Of a stretch of DNA of 64,000 bases, positions 34,834 through 48,287 are shown piece by piece (positions within the stretch are counted from its first letter, which is position 1; each line of letters starts with the position of its first letter). The notes below the pieces were generated by a model. The model ran no database searches and had not been told where the DNA came from. It was given only the letters and a program-made list of their open reading frames with translations. The stretch is from Spizellomyces punctatus DAOM BR117. Lineage: Eukaryota. Location of the stretch: the NCBI GenBank assembly GCA_000182565.2, contig KQ257454.1. One strand, written 5' to 3'. Made by a program: the position numbers and the translations under genes.

Positions 34834-35001
34834 TCGAGTTCCTTGCTGCCTCGAACGCACTGGGATCGGAGAATCATGATTACGTGATAGAAGGTGGTTG
34901 CAGCCATGAGTCACGTGCCCTGACCAGAAGAAAACCATAGTTTGGAGCTAGTGGTGGGCAACTGGGCATTTGGCACATTACCTTGGCTTATTCGACCCAC
35001 C

Positions 35002-36234
35002 ATGGCCAGTAAAACAAACAATGCCACTGCAGTCCGCAAGGAGGCTTATGAAGGACTGGTCAATCTAGAAGGTATCGATCCCGGCCTTCTCGAGTCGAAG
35101 CCACTTCATGAAGTTCAGCTCGATGCTTTGGTTGTCCTCAAGATCTTGAAGCACTGTCGAGAATACGCTCCTGTGACCGCCACTGGACAGCTTCTGGGAA
35201 TAGACGTTACTGGAACGCTTGAAGTTACCAACTGCTTCCCCTTCACATCAAAGTCACATGAAGACGAGGGGCAAGATGAGATGGACGGGGCCGAGTACCA
35301 ACTGCAAATGTTGAGATGTTTGCGCAAACTCAACTATGATGCGAACACTGTTGGATGGTACCAATCGACATACCTGGGCTCTTTCTGGAACCAGTCCTTG
35401 ATTGAGACCCAGTACAATTACCAGAAGACGTTCGCTCAGAGTGTTGTCATTGTGTATGATCCTACTCGCACCACTCAGGTAAAGACATCTATATAACAAT
35501 AAGATGTCCATCGGTTCACAGTCGCTAAACCTTTCATGTGCTTGCGCTAATAGGGGAATCTCTGCTTGCGCGCCCTCCGACTGTGTGACGGGTTCATGGA
35601 GTTGTACCAGAACCGCAAGTTCACAATGGAAAGCCTCATTCACAACAAGCTCACTCCCACATCGATTTTCCAGTCGCTCCCTATCAAGATTCGCAATTCG
35701 CATCTTCTCACTGCCCTCCTCCACGAGCTCGACGAACAGATATCCTTCCCGCCGTCTCTCGAAAACTCCCTAAGCTTGCCTTCCTCCACCTACACTCCCC
35801 GCATCCCAACGAACATATCTCCGTTCTCCCCTAATTTGGATAAACTTGAGCTGGGTCTGGAAAGTTATTTGGAAAAGCATTTGGAATACCTTGGAGAAAC
35901 TGTTGAGGAGCATGGACAGGAACAATGGAGGTGGCAAGGCTGGCAGCGAAACCTGCAGAAAGAACAGCAGCGGTTGCAACAGACTATCAGCAAGCGGAGG
36001 TTGGAGAACTCCTCGCGTGCGGCGCAAGGTCTCCCGCCAGCGTACACGGAAGAGGACCTTCAACCCACAAGTCAGACCTTGACAAAGATACTAGCGAACG
36101 AGCCTAGCCGCTTGGAGAGCTTGATCATTACCAACCAGATTGATACGTATTGTAAACAAGTAACTCAATTCGCTGGACCAGGATTGACAAAGATGTTCAT
36201 GACCAAAGGTGTAAGGGTGGAGGGAAAGGAATAG
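35002..36234 (+). CDS. EIF3H: Translation initiation factor eIF3 subunit H (MPN domain), one intron ~35479-35553
   Basis: VQLDALVVLKILKHC, GQLLGID..LEVTNCFPF, YQLQMLRCLRKLNYDANTVGWYQS, EPSRLESLIITNQID. Confidence 0.95.
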
Positions 36235-36509
36235 CTAGGTTACTACAGCCATGTAAAGTTGGACTGTCTGTCTAGCACAAACGTAGGCCAACATGTTTGA
36301 CGACTTTATCTAGAGAAGTTTTGTACAAAATAGCGTATATGCTCCTTCACTTGCAAGGCACGTGATGTACATCTTGATAAACCACTTGAAGTGTTGATGT
36401 TTTTCGCCAGTGATCTACATTGCCAGCATACCAATCTTCGGGTCTAATTTTCTATTAGATACAGCACGTTTGCGACTTTGGTTTCCTTTCCCTCGTTCTA
36501 CTACTTGGA

Positions 36510-37981
36510 ATGTCCATTTCCGGCTCTCCTGAACTGGACGATGGCGACGAAGACGCTTATCACCGCCTAGTGTCCATGGATGATTACATCACTAATGAAA
36601 TGGAACAGCCTTGGACAGATGCGGAGGTTCAACGGTATGTGTAGAGTGGTGTGCATGAGAGAGAAAGTGATTGGGTGTGAACTGCAGTGGGAGATCAACT
36701 CTACATGTTCGTCCTCATGCTCAACGTCCATTGCTTTGTGCTCACTCCTGTCTATTAGAGTTCGTGACAAACTGTATAACAACTACAGACGAGATGCAGA
36801 AAAAATATACGAATGCGTTCTTGGAAAGTTGGAAAGCAGAGAGGTGCTACCTTTTTTCTTCCGTTTCTCAAAGATCCATTACTCACTCACGTCCGTAGAC
36901 CCACATGTTCTCTCGTATGAACCTTCTCTTCATTCTCGACAAACTCTGCACCGAGAGCGCAAACCAAAAATCGCACGACTTTTATGCAATATGGAAAGGG
37001 ATGAAGAACAATCTTGTCAAGGTTGTTAATTTGGTGTTGGAGATAGGAGAGGATGATCCACCTAGCCGATCGGCGAATGCAAATGTTGTTTGGGCCAAGA
37101 AAGTAAGAAAACAAGTCTTGAATAGGCTGTCCAAAACTTTGTGTTTTCGTCTCTGGTTCTGACTGTACTTTTGGTGACAGATTTTAATGGGATGGCATCG
37201 CCGTGGGTTGTTCCCTGACGAGGATATCACATTGTGCGAGAAACGGATAGATCAAGCGGAGGCTCTGGACGAACCGTAGGTTGCTGTTTGGTGCTGGGAG
37301 GTAATACACGGTCCTGATCATTTTGAGCCGGGCAGTGCATTTGAGGATGCGGTTCGTTACGAGGAAGAGAAAATTGATCGACGAATGGATGCTGATAGAG
37401 AAAGGGTAAGATCATCTCTCTTGATCCAGAGTAGGTTTCTTACTAGTTCCGGCACCCTGACATGTACGTTGCTGTAGCAAAAGAAAGATCGAGAAGACAC
37501 TCTCCTCCAGAATGCCTTGGAACCCTGGGCAAAAGTTTCTGATGACTGGTTCATCAATCTCCCAGATGACCAAGCCCTCGACGTCTCCGAGTTTTGGATC
37601 ACAGCCTCCGAAGAAATCACAGAAGACGACTATGAGATGATGGAAATCGAAAATGAAAAGTTCCGAATATCTGCCATGGAGCTACTACAGCGGGCGCAAG
37701 GCTATACATCGACATCTCCCTCAGTGGACGCCACATCCCCAGCGCAAGGCCATAGCTCGTCATCGCACCAGTCAGTTCCACCCCCGCCTCCACCGACATC
37801 TCACTCATATGGATATTATGAGAAACCGGTCCCACTTTCACGAGGTAATTCACCGCCTCCGCCACCTCCTCCGTCTATGGGATACCGCAGTGGACATGAC
37901 AGATATGGGTATTCGCGAGGATCGTATGTGCCTCCCCCACCACCAGTACCAAGTTCGACGAGAAGCTATCGGGCACCATAG
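36510..37981 (+). CDS. CTK3: CTD kinase I gamma subunit (Ctk3)-like protein with Pro-rich tail, multi-exon
   Basis: Spliced translation gives IYECVLGKLE..SRMNLLFILDKLC..KVVNLV..ANVVWAKKIL..RRMDADRERQKKDRE, which resembles the Ctk3 CID-like N-terminus and the 'RxExDRER' C-terminal motif. Confidence 0.65.
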
Positions 37982-38331
37982 AAAAGAACGGATGCGGTTG
38001 GGTGTGTTGCCTGTTTGGCAAGTAGAAGACAGCGACGAAAAAACCACGTTGCGCTGGACGAGAGCAAAGGACTGTAAATAGGAATTAAAACGCAGCTATT
38101 GCTAGATGATGTAAATATGAGAATGGATCTGCCACCACCCTGTGTCTTACACAGTGTCCCTTCTACGACCATAGTGAAATGTCAGACGAATGAGAGCAAT
38201 TGGGCCACCTGTTCCTATGGAACAAGATGGCGAGTCGGTCATGACATTTGTAAATTGCATGCCTGCATTGTATCTGTATATTGCGTCTACATGTCCCATC
38301 GTCATGCACTAACTCCAGTTTGTCCATCACA

Positions 38332-40197
38332 TCACTTTAGCTTGCCGATCGCTTGCCCAACTTTCACCTTTTGTCCCGCTTCCAACATAAACTCGAACTC
38401 GGTCGGTGCTTCAAACACCAAGACAACCGTGCTCCCCAACATAAATCCTCCCATTTGATCACCCTTATGTAACCGGACTGGAGGTTGGTACTCTCTCTCA
38501 ACGTATGTACCTGGCGGATGGTTTAGCTGGCGTTTGGAGAGGTTTGTGCGGAGTTCCTAAAACGTGTTACACGTTGGATACATGACAAGGCTGGTGTCAA
38601 AACAAGACAGACTCACTGGGTCGAAATCGATCTTGATAGAACCAACATTGGTGGCTCCCACCGGGATCATTGAAAAGAACCCGTGCTGCCAATCACCCAA
38701 GAGAACCACACGCTCGTTGAGAACAAAGAGGTTTCGGATCAAGTTAACGGCAATGGGAGAGACCGAGTAGAGTTCACCTGATTTGCACATGTCAAGGCAC
38801 GATGTGTATTTAGCAAGTCTGTGGGTGTACATACCTGAGAAGTGCCTTCTCTTCTCTACACTCCACTCGGACGGTGAATGGAAGCGATGATAATCACCCG
38901 GTGCAAGGTAAATCACCGCAAAAAACAGCGCATTACCAGGTTTCAACTGATGAGCAGCATGCGCATGAGGATGTTCGATGGGGTTTCCTTTCCCATCCTT
39001 ACTGGTGGTGTGCTGCCCCGGCTCGTCGCCCAGAATTTTGTCCAAAGAGTAATTGATCGAGTTGATATCTGCAAACTCGTCTTCTGATACCACTAACTCT
39101 GAATGAGTTTTACGAGCCACGTTGAGAACCTCTCCTTCCGCCGGCTCCGCGGCAAGCGCCGTTGGATTGCTACTGCTGTCTGGCTTACGTTGGCGGCCAA
39201 GGAGTGCATCCAGGGAATAAGTTATACCCTTGATCTGCTCTACTTTGCGCTGAGATGTGATGAGACCAAAGTGGAGGACAGTTCCATCTGCTGGGCTAAC
39301 CTGCGCCGCACGTAAGTGTATTGCCTTCCAATGCACACAATAATTCAGGTCCTACCAGCGGTGCCTTTGGGTCCAGGGGACGTACCCCTGGCTTCAATGT
39401 TCTGTAGAAGAACGCAGCCAAGTTTGGGTAGTGTGTCAAATCAGGATCCTCCATTTCCTCCAGATTACACCCAAACATTGTCGCATAAGATTTGTACAGA
39501 GGCTCCCGAAGCCACAAAGGGACAGTCAGATTGTTCAGCCAGCCCCACATACGCGAAATGGTACGAAGGGGGAGATAACCGTATGCATGAACCTGTGCTG
39601 CCAAAGAAATCGACGACAACATGAGTAGCGATTCTCAATAGAAGCGCCTCGCCGCAAACAATCATCAACGCACATGCCATGGGCCCTCCAAGGCCACTAC
39701 TTGGGCCTCATGGTCCTTGTCCTTTTCTTCTCGCCGCCGAATATGCAGATAGTGCATGAAAGCCAAGCACGCGATTCCTAACGAAATCGGAATCGGATAC
39801 CATACGATCCGTGTCCCGACCAAAATGTCCTTTGCTTTCCTAAATGCCTCTGGAGCACATTCCGACGTCAACGTTAATTAACGACAAGATTCGGGTAATC
39901 CAGAAACATTGTAATCCACCAGTTCTCACCCTTTTGTTCTCCCCACCAGCCATGTTTAGGTTGCTGATAAAGGGAGCGGACAATGCCATGACGACAACCA
40001 CCAAGACGTGGAAGAATGCTAATACCACTTGTCCAGCGCGGTAGGGGGCGAGGATATGCTATCAACATTGCAGTTTTGGGCGTTTCGTGAAAGAAACGGA
40101 CACTCGGCACTCGGGGAACGGCACGGATCGCGTTGAAAGATGGAATCCCGAGGCGAGATGGAGTTGTTAAAAACGGTAAAGATGACAGCCTCTCCAT
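38332..40197 (-). CDS. PSD1: Mitochondrial phosphatidylserine decarboxylase proenzyme, multi-exon
   Basis: [52 protein letters not shown], and the LGST self-cleavage motif. The N-terminus is presequence-like. Confidence 0.95.
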
Positions 40198-40489
40198 CGT
40201 GACAAACTCGTCACACCCAGCTTTGGATGCTGTACCCGATAGGCCGACTAACGTGGCGGGAAGCACTGGAAACAGAACAGCCAATGTTTGCAAAACTGTG
40301 CCATCCACTCGTCATTATTGGTTTGTTTACGATCGACCATTGATGCTCCACATACAGGACGAGATTTGACAACGGGCTGCATATTCAGGAACTACCTGGG
40401 GTTTGGCTGATAGATTAGAACAGTGCATTTCGTAGAACGAAAATTGAGAGAGAAAATGTCTGAGCTTTCCATCAACTTTAATTAGCAAT

Positions 40490-42168
40490 CTATAAAATAA
40501 TCTTATACTTGTGGTCTTTCGGGACCATATTAATAGCCAAACGTCCGTCATATGACAGTGAAGCAAAGATCCAGGGGTCCGCTGCACTCCACTCGACCGC
40601 ATAGACGCTATCTTCATGTTGGTCATAAACCGCAACCAACCCATCGCTCGGTCTCCTGCAAGATATGATCGTATTAGATGCTTTTCGACTGCTGTGATGG
40701 CCAAATCTTCAAATTACCCATAGTATTCATCCCTTTCATCGTCCGATTTCTCACCCCCTCCTTCATCAACATCCGACGTCTCATCCGAGAGCGGGGCGGA
40801 GGAAATAGATATAATACTCTGTAGATTCACCAAGCAGTCTGAGCCGGAAGAGACGAATAACTGATCATGGAAGCGATTGAAAGAGATACTCCACACCCTA
40901 CAGATTGTAATATCGAGATCAGTTCGTAAGCCCATTGCGTGCGTCAAGGGTGGAAACAAACCAATGCGAATGGTCGGATATTTCCTTTAGGGGTAGATCA
41001 CAGTTACGGGTGTCCCAGAAACGTATCTTGCAATCATCCCCAGCGGTTGCAAGATGAAATGGTTTATTTGGGTTATAATCAGCATCTCTAACAGAGATGG
41101 CGTGTGCATTCTGTATCTCAAATGCTTGTCTGTGGATCGATCAATCATGTCATTGACAAATGCCAGATGTCCGTGATTGGAAACTGCCACACAACTTACT
41201 TTGCCGTTCGAACGTCCCAGCCAGACAGATTGCATCCTATTCCGGTAGCCACTACATCTGTTCCGTGTGGATTCCAAATGGCACATGAGGCCCGGCTTGC
41301 CGACTTATCACTCGATAATGTTATGGGGATAAGGGTAGAAGGCTATCGCAGGATGAATAATGGGACTTTCACATTTGCTGAATCAACAATGGCACGCTTT
41401 ACTTTTGAGTTTGGATTTCCGCTATCCAGGGAAAACAGACCGAGAGAGTGATTGCAAAGTGCCACCATAGACTGGGTGGAGCCCGTTGGATCCCATAGCA
41501 TTCTAAAGGGCTATTAAAGGGATGCCGGCATAAAAGCAAAGTTACAGATAAACCTCACTTTTTAATATCGCCCAAATCTGTGCTCAGCTCGAATGCTGTC
41601 ACCTGTTCCAACTTTCCCATATCATTTTTAAGCCGGCCAGTATCATCGGCTTCTGGTGCATCAAATCGCCAAAGACATGCTTTGGCAGGGTGATTCGCTG
41701 AAAGCCAAGCGACGATTGTCGTCAGAAACTCTGCGCGACGTGATGGCTACACATTGTCCTGCTCAGGAACTTTTACCTCACCTTCCTTGAATACTGTCAC
41801 AACATGATCAGTCTGTGATGGTGATGGAGCGATTCCCCAGATTTCATGAGCATGTTCAAACTTGTGGGTTGTCACCAGCGACTCGTCTTCATCAAAGTCA
41901 AGGAGAAGGAGCTGCCATCGCCAGCATGTCACTTGGGAACCCAATCTGCCAATGCTTTGCTTCCCGCATCACACCTCATTGCGTTGTTTCAAATCTTGGG
42001 TACCCACAAAAAACCTGCTGCGTTCTTGTTCTGCCAATTGTGCCTTTAGGCAGCGAGCCTGACAAGTGCATCGAGATGCGTTAAGACCCTTGCTTGCTCA
42101 ACATTTAGACATTATACTCATATTCGTACTTGGTGACTTAGACCATACACACAACCCTCTCCTTCCAT
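40490..42168 (-). CDS. EIPR1: EARP/GARP-interacting WD40 protein (EIPR1/TSSC1), multi-exon
   Basis: [43 protein letters not shown], and C-terminal [21 protein letters not shown]. Confidence 0.88.
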
Positions 42169-42860
42169 GTCGACCCTGCTTTCGCCTGTACAATACTATG
42201 GCTCACAGTGGAGTGCTGGGTGATGGCACGAGAATCTCGGTTGAAAAGCGACTGTCAGCACGCGTCGCCTGCAAGACGCGTCAGCAGAGTCTTTAGTGGT
42301 CCGTGATCCCGGCCACAAGAAAAACCATATCCCTTGATTGAAGAACAAACGCATGCAAACGATTGTTCATCCTCCATTCAATGAGCCCAAACTTGCGCGC
42401 GCATGGGCAGTCTCCCATGCATCGCCATTAAAACAACAGTCCCAATCCAGATGCCTCCAGGAATAGACAGCTATTAATAAAATATCTTTTTTTAAACCTC
42501 TGTTGCATTCAGAAATCCTTGCTGCTCCCCCCCCAGAAACCCGATTGCTCAGCCCCCCCCCCCCCCCCAGCACACCAACAACCCTCCGATTAGCCGCTCT
42601 TTTTGACCAACATTTTTTCTTCCTACATGTGCTATTTTTGTCCTTGTCTCTGGAAGAGATACTAGTGGTGGCACAGTCACATTTACGGAGCACTTGTGGT
42701 CGTTATGTTACTATTTTGGTTTAATGGAACCGTCCAGAACTCAACTTTTGGTGAATATAAAAAGGGCATGTCGGGCCTTTTGTCTTCCTTCCTCAAGTCC
42801 TTCTTGTTCATTTCCTCTTGTTTTATATATATTCTCGAGTACTTATCATCATCAGCACAA

Positions 42861-43595
42861 ATGGCCCGCTTGACCTCTTTGCTGTTCCTTGCCGCCCTTG
42901 CCTTGACAGGCACCACCGCCAAGCCCTGTGTCAAGACCGACACGCGTTTTGTGGGTCAGAAGGCAACGCTTGTGCAGGCCGCGCAAGCCATTCCCAACAT
43001 TACCCAACCTCTGCAAGTGAGCGGTACCGCTGAAATCTTGGATGGATGCACTTTTGTTATCCGAAACTTTGTCTACGAGCCCTACACAGACGGTACCGTT
43101 TGGTATGGTCGTCGTGGAACTGACGGAGCCACGGGAGTATGTGAGTATTTTGTGTGATGGAGTTACAATTTCCCGCGGACCAGCGCATTTACCATTTTTT
43201 TTCTGTTGCTAGTGGCTGCTCGCGGTGTGAACAATGCAAGCACTGGAATTGACAGCGCGCCCTTTACTTTTGTTGATACTGTTGGTGCCGCCTACAGTTG
43301 GGATGACTTTGACACACTCGTCCTGTTCAACCCTACCATCAACTTTGAGATGGGCTCTGCTTCGTTCACCGCTCTTCGCCTGAACGCGACTACGACTACA
43401 ACAACAGCCGTTGCCACATCCACCTCCCTTGTACCGTCCTCCACCACATCGACGACGACGCGTTCTACAACAACGGCTCCCGCCACCAAGACAAGCACTG
43501 CTGACAGCCAAAAGAGCTCTGGCTCTGCTGTCGGTGCTGGAGGTTTGGCTGCTGCCGGATTGGCCGCTGCTGCCGCTGTTGCCATGGGTATCTAA
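42861..43595 (+). CDS. Secreted Ser/Thr-rich GPI-anchored protein (intron ~43137-43212)
   Basis: Signal peptide MARLTSLLFLAALALTGTTA, a small globular domain, a poly-Thr stalk and a hydrophobic C-terminus. TATAAAA lies at ~42756. Confidence 0.85.
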
Positions 43596-43866
43596 GTGCA
43601 AAAAGGGTATCCCCTGCTCTATGCAATGTCGTAGATGCAATTAGAATTTAGATGATTTTTAGTGAGCCGTTTTCAAAAAAGGATTTGTTTGTAATACTAT
43701 CAACATGTTGAGATGTGTCAGCATTTCCTGATCGTACCTGGTCATGTGATGACAGGGAGGCATCCCTGCCCCACTTTCCAGCTTTTTAATTCCAGCTTTT
43801 AATTCCTGAATTCCACACAGCAGCGTATGTCTTATTGCCATTAGCCTGATATTAGATTATAGACCA

Positions 43867-46760
43867 TCATTTATCCACTAAACTGAGCTCTAAAACATAT
43901 TGCAACTCCTCATCATCCTCTTCCGTTCCCCTATTTTGCGAAGAATATCCACCAGTTGGCACGCGCGAAGCCACCTTTACGTTTCCTTGTAATTTATTTC
44001 CAGCTTTCTCGCGCACCTCATACCGTTCTGCTACGTGCTCCCACAAAGAAGATCTCGATCCAGAGACGCTGCTAGCGGATCCAGTGCTGCTGCCGTACAC
44101 CATCAGCCGGCTCCCCCGGCGGCTCTGATTTCCCCATCCTTTGGAGTCGTCCCATGAAGAACAAGTTGTTGATGGATCCGTGGTGGAATCAAGATTCCAG
44201 TCCAAGTCTACGTGTGGCTCCTCTGATACCAAATCTTCTTCGTCGTCATTCCGGGGGACGGAATTCTCGTCGAGCAAACTCTGCTCCAAAGCATCCATCA
44301 ATGCCTTATCATGGCCAGTGTCTTTTTGTTCCTCCAAGGACATGAGCATTGCATAGTTTATCAATTCCTCTTCTGACATGCCGGTGGGCGGATGTACACC
44401 ATTGATCTTCTGCGCCTGTTTTCTACTCCACTCTTCAGCTTCCCGCTCATATTCCCGCTCCAACCGACTTTCTCGAACCTCATCACGAATTTCCAACCAA
44501 GTGTTTTCATGGGCATTGCCGCGAAGTCCACGCGCAGGTCCACGTCGGCCATTTGGGGCGCTGGATTTTTTCTTGCCTTTACCGGACGTGGCAGATGCAG
44601 TGGAAGTAACAAAGTCCCATGACTTGACATGGTCGCCGCTCCCAACAATGACTTGATACGGCCCAGCCCAAATACAACGCACCATACGTCGTCCATCCGC
44701 TACTCCTCCGCCCCCGACAGCGTTCAATCCATCATTTCCACCACGCGTGCGGCGAACGAGCAATGTTCGGATGCAGCGCCCTGTGAGAATATCAAAAACT
44801 TTCGCGCTTCCGTCTTCGGCTCCTGACACGACCTTGAACGCATCTATATGAAGCGCACACACCGATGCCCGGTGGGCATCAATAACATGGACCGGTCTAG
44901 CTGTCATCGTCTCGTGTGTGCTGTCCGCCGACAATCTCGGTTGCGGGACGTCCCAAATGGATACGGTGCCAAGAACGTCACCGGTTGCCAAGAGGATCCG
45001 ATTATCGCCATGTGATGAAGAACCTGGATTCGTCCTGTCCCATGCCGCACTAGAAATCTCAGCAGCATGTCCCCCGATGAAGTTCACAAGCACCTCTCCG
45101 GTTCGCACGTTCCATTGCCTAATACTCCCGTCGATATTAGCGGGTGACCCAACAATCCCCAGAGCCGTATCTGCTGTTGGATCATACAGCAGGGAGACTA
45201 TCTTTGCATCTTCTGTGGTTTGACCGAAACGCAGCACTCTGGAAGCGGGAATAGGCATTTCCAGTGGTGGTGAGCCGTATTCAACACTTGCTAGGTCGAG
45301 ATCCCACACCAGAAGATCACCATGGTCGGTTCCGGCAAGAACATAGCCTTTCCGGTCGCAAGCTAGTGTGGTGATACCCACGCCTGCCGTGGGTCCTACA
45401 GAGCATAGGAATCAATTCTGAGCCCCGAAAGATCCACAACTCACAAATACGTACCTCGGAGGGTTCGGATACATTGGGACTGAGCCACATCCCACACCTT
45501 GACGGTGCCATCGTTTCCTCCGCTAATGAAAGCGGAGGGAAGATTAGGCACCCAAGCCAAACAGGTCACAGGCCCCAAGTGGAGCCCCGCAAAACGCCGA
45601 ACGGTATAATTGATCCTGTCCCTAAAATCAGTTACCAGCGCAACTCCACCCGAAATGTAACCAACGGCAATTCGATGCCTTAAATGGCGTTACTATCAAG
45701 AGAAAGCGAGCAAAGCATGCCCAATACCGGTTACCTGTCCAACTGAAGGGCCGCAATTTGTGTGGGAACTCTATTGTCGTTAAAGTAGACAGTGCCTTTC
45801 TCCACTCTCCCGGTGGAGGGATGACAAAAGGCCACCATTCCTTGATGAGGAGAAAGTTAGCCTTATGATGGCCATTTGATGAGCTGCTCAGAAGAATTAT
45901 TCGTACCCTTCTCTAATGATCCACAAGCCATCCTGCCCTCTTCAAAATCTAGGAACACTTGATCTATTTTACCGATACGTGGATCAAATTGGACAACGTG
46001 CTTTCCTCGTTGAAAACTCCTAGAGGATGTAATGGAATACAGGCTATAACGCGACGCTCTTCTTCCGGTGACAATATGATATGGATAATACCTTAGAAGT
46101 CGCGTGCGTTTCAAATACTCTTTACGCCAGCTAGTTTCCGCTAGACGTCTAGCATTTAAATATTCAGTGTCCCGCGTCCAACAGTGATCATTATCCAAAA
46201 TATGATGCAAAGAAGGTTAATCTACCTGATGGGAAGACATCCATAGTAGATGTCAAAGGCAGACCGCCAACATCCGTCGTCAGCGATCACTCGATGCCAT
46301 CGCGAGCAGACTCTGGAGGCTGCTTTCTACAAAGCATCCACTCACTTTAGAGAGCATGCTCCATTTCTACGCCCCACAGACCTGCTGCAATACCATTTCG
46401 GTGGGCTCCAAGTTTGCTAGAATGTGAATCAAGAGTTCGTCGGGTAAGAGTGCAATGTAACATTTGCTGAGTAAACGGAAAGTCAAGTTAGTGTAACATT
46501 TTTTCATCGCTAATTCCTCTTCGATCCAACCTTGAAGCAAAAGCTCCCGTCTCCCGACGATTTGAGCGTCGTGAGGAGCCCGCATAACCACTTCTCTTCC
46601 GAGGTTCAGAATTATCGCGCCAAGTACGGTCGCGCGCCTCTCTGTCCGTTTCGGGCGTTCTTTTCACTATATTGGATTTGCCATCGCTAGTCTCAGTCGA
46701 TAATTGAACGGTCCTGTCCCGCGTATCAGCTGCGTTTGGCTCTGGGTGACGACTCCACAT
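43867..46760 (-). CDS. F-box/WD40 protein with C-terminal UIMs (Pof10-like), multi-exon
   Basis: LLPDELLIHILANL..VCSRWHRV F-box, several WD repeats, and UIM-like EEELINYAMLMSLEE and DEELQYVLELSLVDK. Confidence 0.85.
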
Positions 46761-47018
46761 TGGATCTCCACTAAACGCCAAAGTCCAAACCAGTTCCTCA
46801 ACACAGCTCGTTGTCGATTACGTGACTTGATCAGCCTGTGGCAAAGTCACATAATGGTAGTCACGTTTACGACCAATCGCGCCCCATTGGCATTTTTTCT
46901 GCAATTGCAGCCATTACAAGACACACCCTCCTCCTCCTCCTCAGCCGGTCTCTCCCAGCATCCGTTCTCCAAATTTCGCATTTGGGGTGGAATCAACTGC
47001 TCTGACACTCAGGTTACA

Positions 47019-47943
47019 ATGTGAGTTCTCGTCGCTGTCTAACGTATTTGTAGATGTGAAATTCACAGAACACTGGTCATTGCAGGGCAAACCTTCGCAC
47101 TCAGAAGCGCCTGGCTGCTGCCGTCCTCAAGTGCGGCAAGCGCAAGATCTGGCTTGACCCCAACGAAGTCAACGAGATCTCCAACGCCAACTCCCGTTAG
47201 TATTTTGAGAGTATACGTAGAGGGGATGTGGAATGCGCGGAGAATTAAACTTGGTTGGACATTGTAGGTCAAAACATCCGTAAGCTTGCCAAGGATGGTT
47301 TGATCATCCGGAAGCCCGTGGCCATGCACTCTCGCTACCGTGTCCGCGAGCGGGCTGCTGCCAAGCGTCTTGGTCGTCACACCGGTCCTGGAAAGCGCCG
47401 AGGTAAGGATTTCTCTGTGTTGTTGGACAGGGGGCGAAGAAGACAGACTTACGGGAGTTTGATCAGGTACCGCCGAGGCTCGTATGCCCACGACTGTCCC
47501 TTTGGATGCGTCGTATGCGTGTTCTCCGTCGTCTTCTTCGCAAGTACCGGGAGTCTGGCAAGATCGACCGTCACCTGTAAGTCTTGTGGTCCCTATGAGT
47601 GATGATTGGGCTTTGAAGCTCATTAGACGGCGTTCCCTTAGGTACCACGAGTTGTACATGAAGGCCAAGGGTAACGTGTTCAAGAACAAGCGTGTGCTTA
47701 TGGAGTACATCCACAAGGCCAAGGCTGAAAAGACCCGTGTGAAGCTTCTCGAGTATGTTCCGGAATTCTCGCTTGGTGTGTCGTTGGTGGCTTGTAAATT
47801 AACTATCATATTCTTACAGGGACCAAGCTGCGGCTCACCGTCAAAAGGCCAAGGCTGCCCGCGAGCGTCGCCAGAACAGGTTGGCTGCGAAGAAGGAGGC
47901 TCTTCGCACTGGGTCGGAGGAGACTGCCCCAGCAGAGAAATAA
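47019..47943 (+). CDS. RPL19: 60S ribosomal protein L19 (eL19), six exons
   Basis: Exons 47019-20, 47086-195, 47268-402, 47467-576, 47642-752 and 47820-943 give [28 protein letters not shown]...[26 protein letters not shown]. Confidence 0.97.
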
Positions 47944-48287
47944 GTTGGGTAGATATCTCGTGCGCGGCTGTGATGGGCAAGAGAGGGCTTGGCATATCTC
48001 TTTCTTCTTGTATCATTCTTCTTCGGTCTTAGGTAACATTAATAAATGGGTCATGCCAACCGCAAGTGTTCTTTGACACATTGGTTAACAAATCCAGTTG
48101 TAACATTATGCGGATACGATCAGACGTGCGACGATTAGCAATAAGCAATCCAATGTACAGTCTCATTGATGTTATTATTATGTTCTGCATATACATAGCA
48201 GCCTACTGACGCTATAACAAGGTACATCCCATCCTCTTCCGCATGGCCACTTCTCCGTTCACTCCTCCTAGTAAGCCCCACTGAATG

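Noticed and set aside
47063-48016. 317-aa minus-strand ORF
   Set aside because: It is the antisense shadow of the codon-biased RPL19 gene and crosses its introns.
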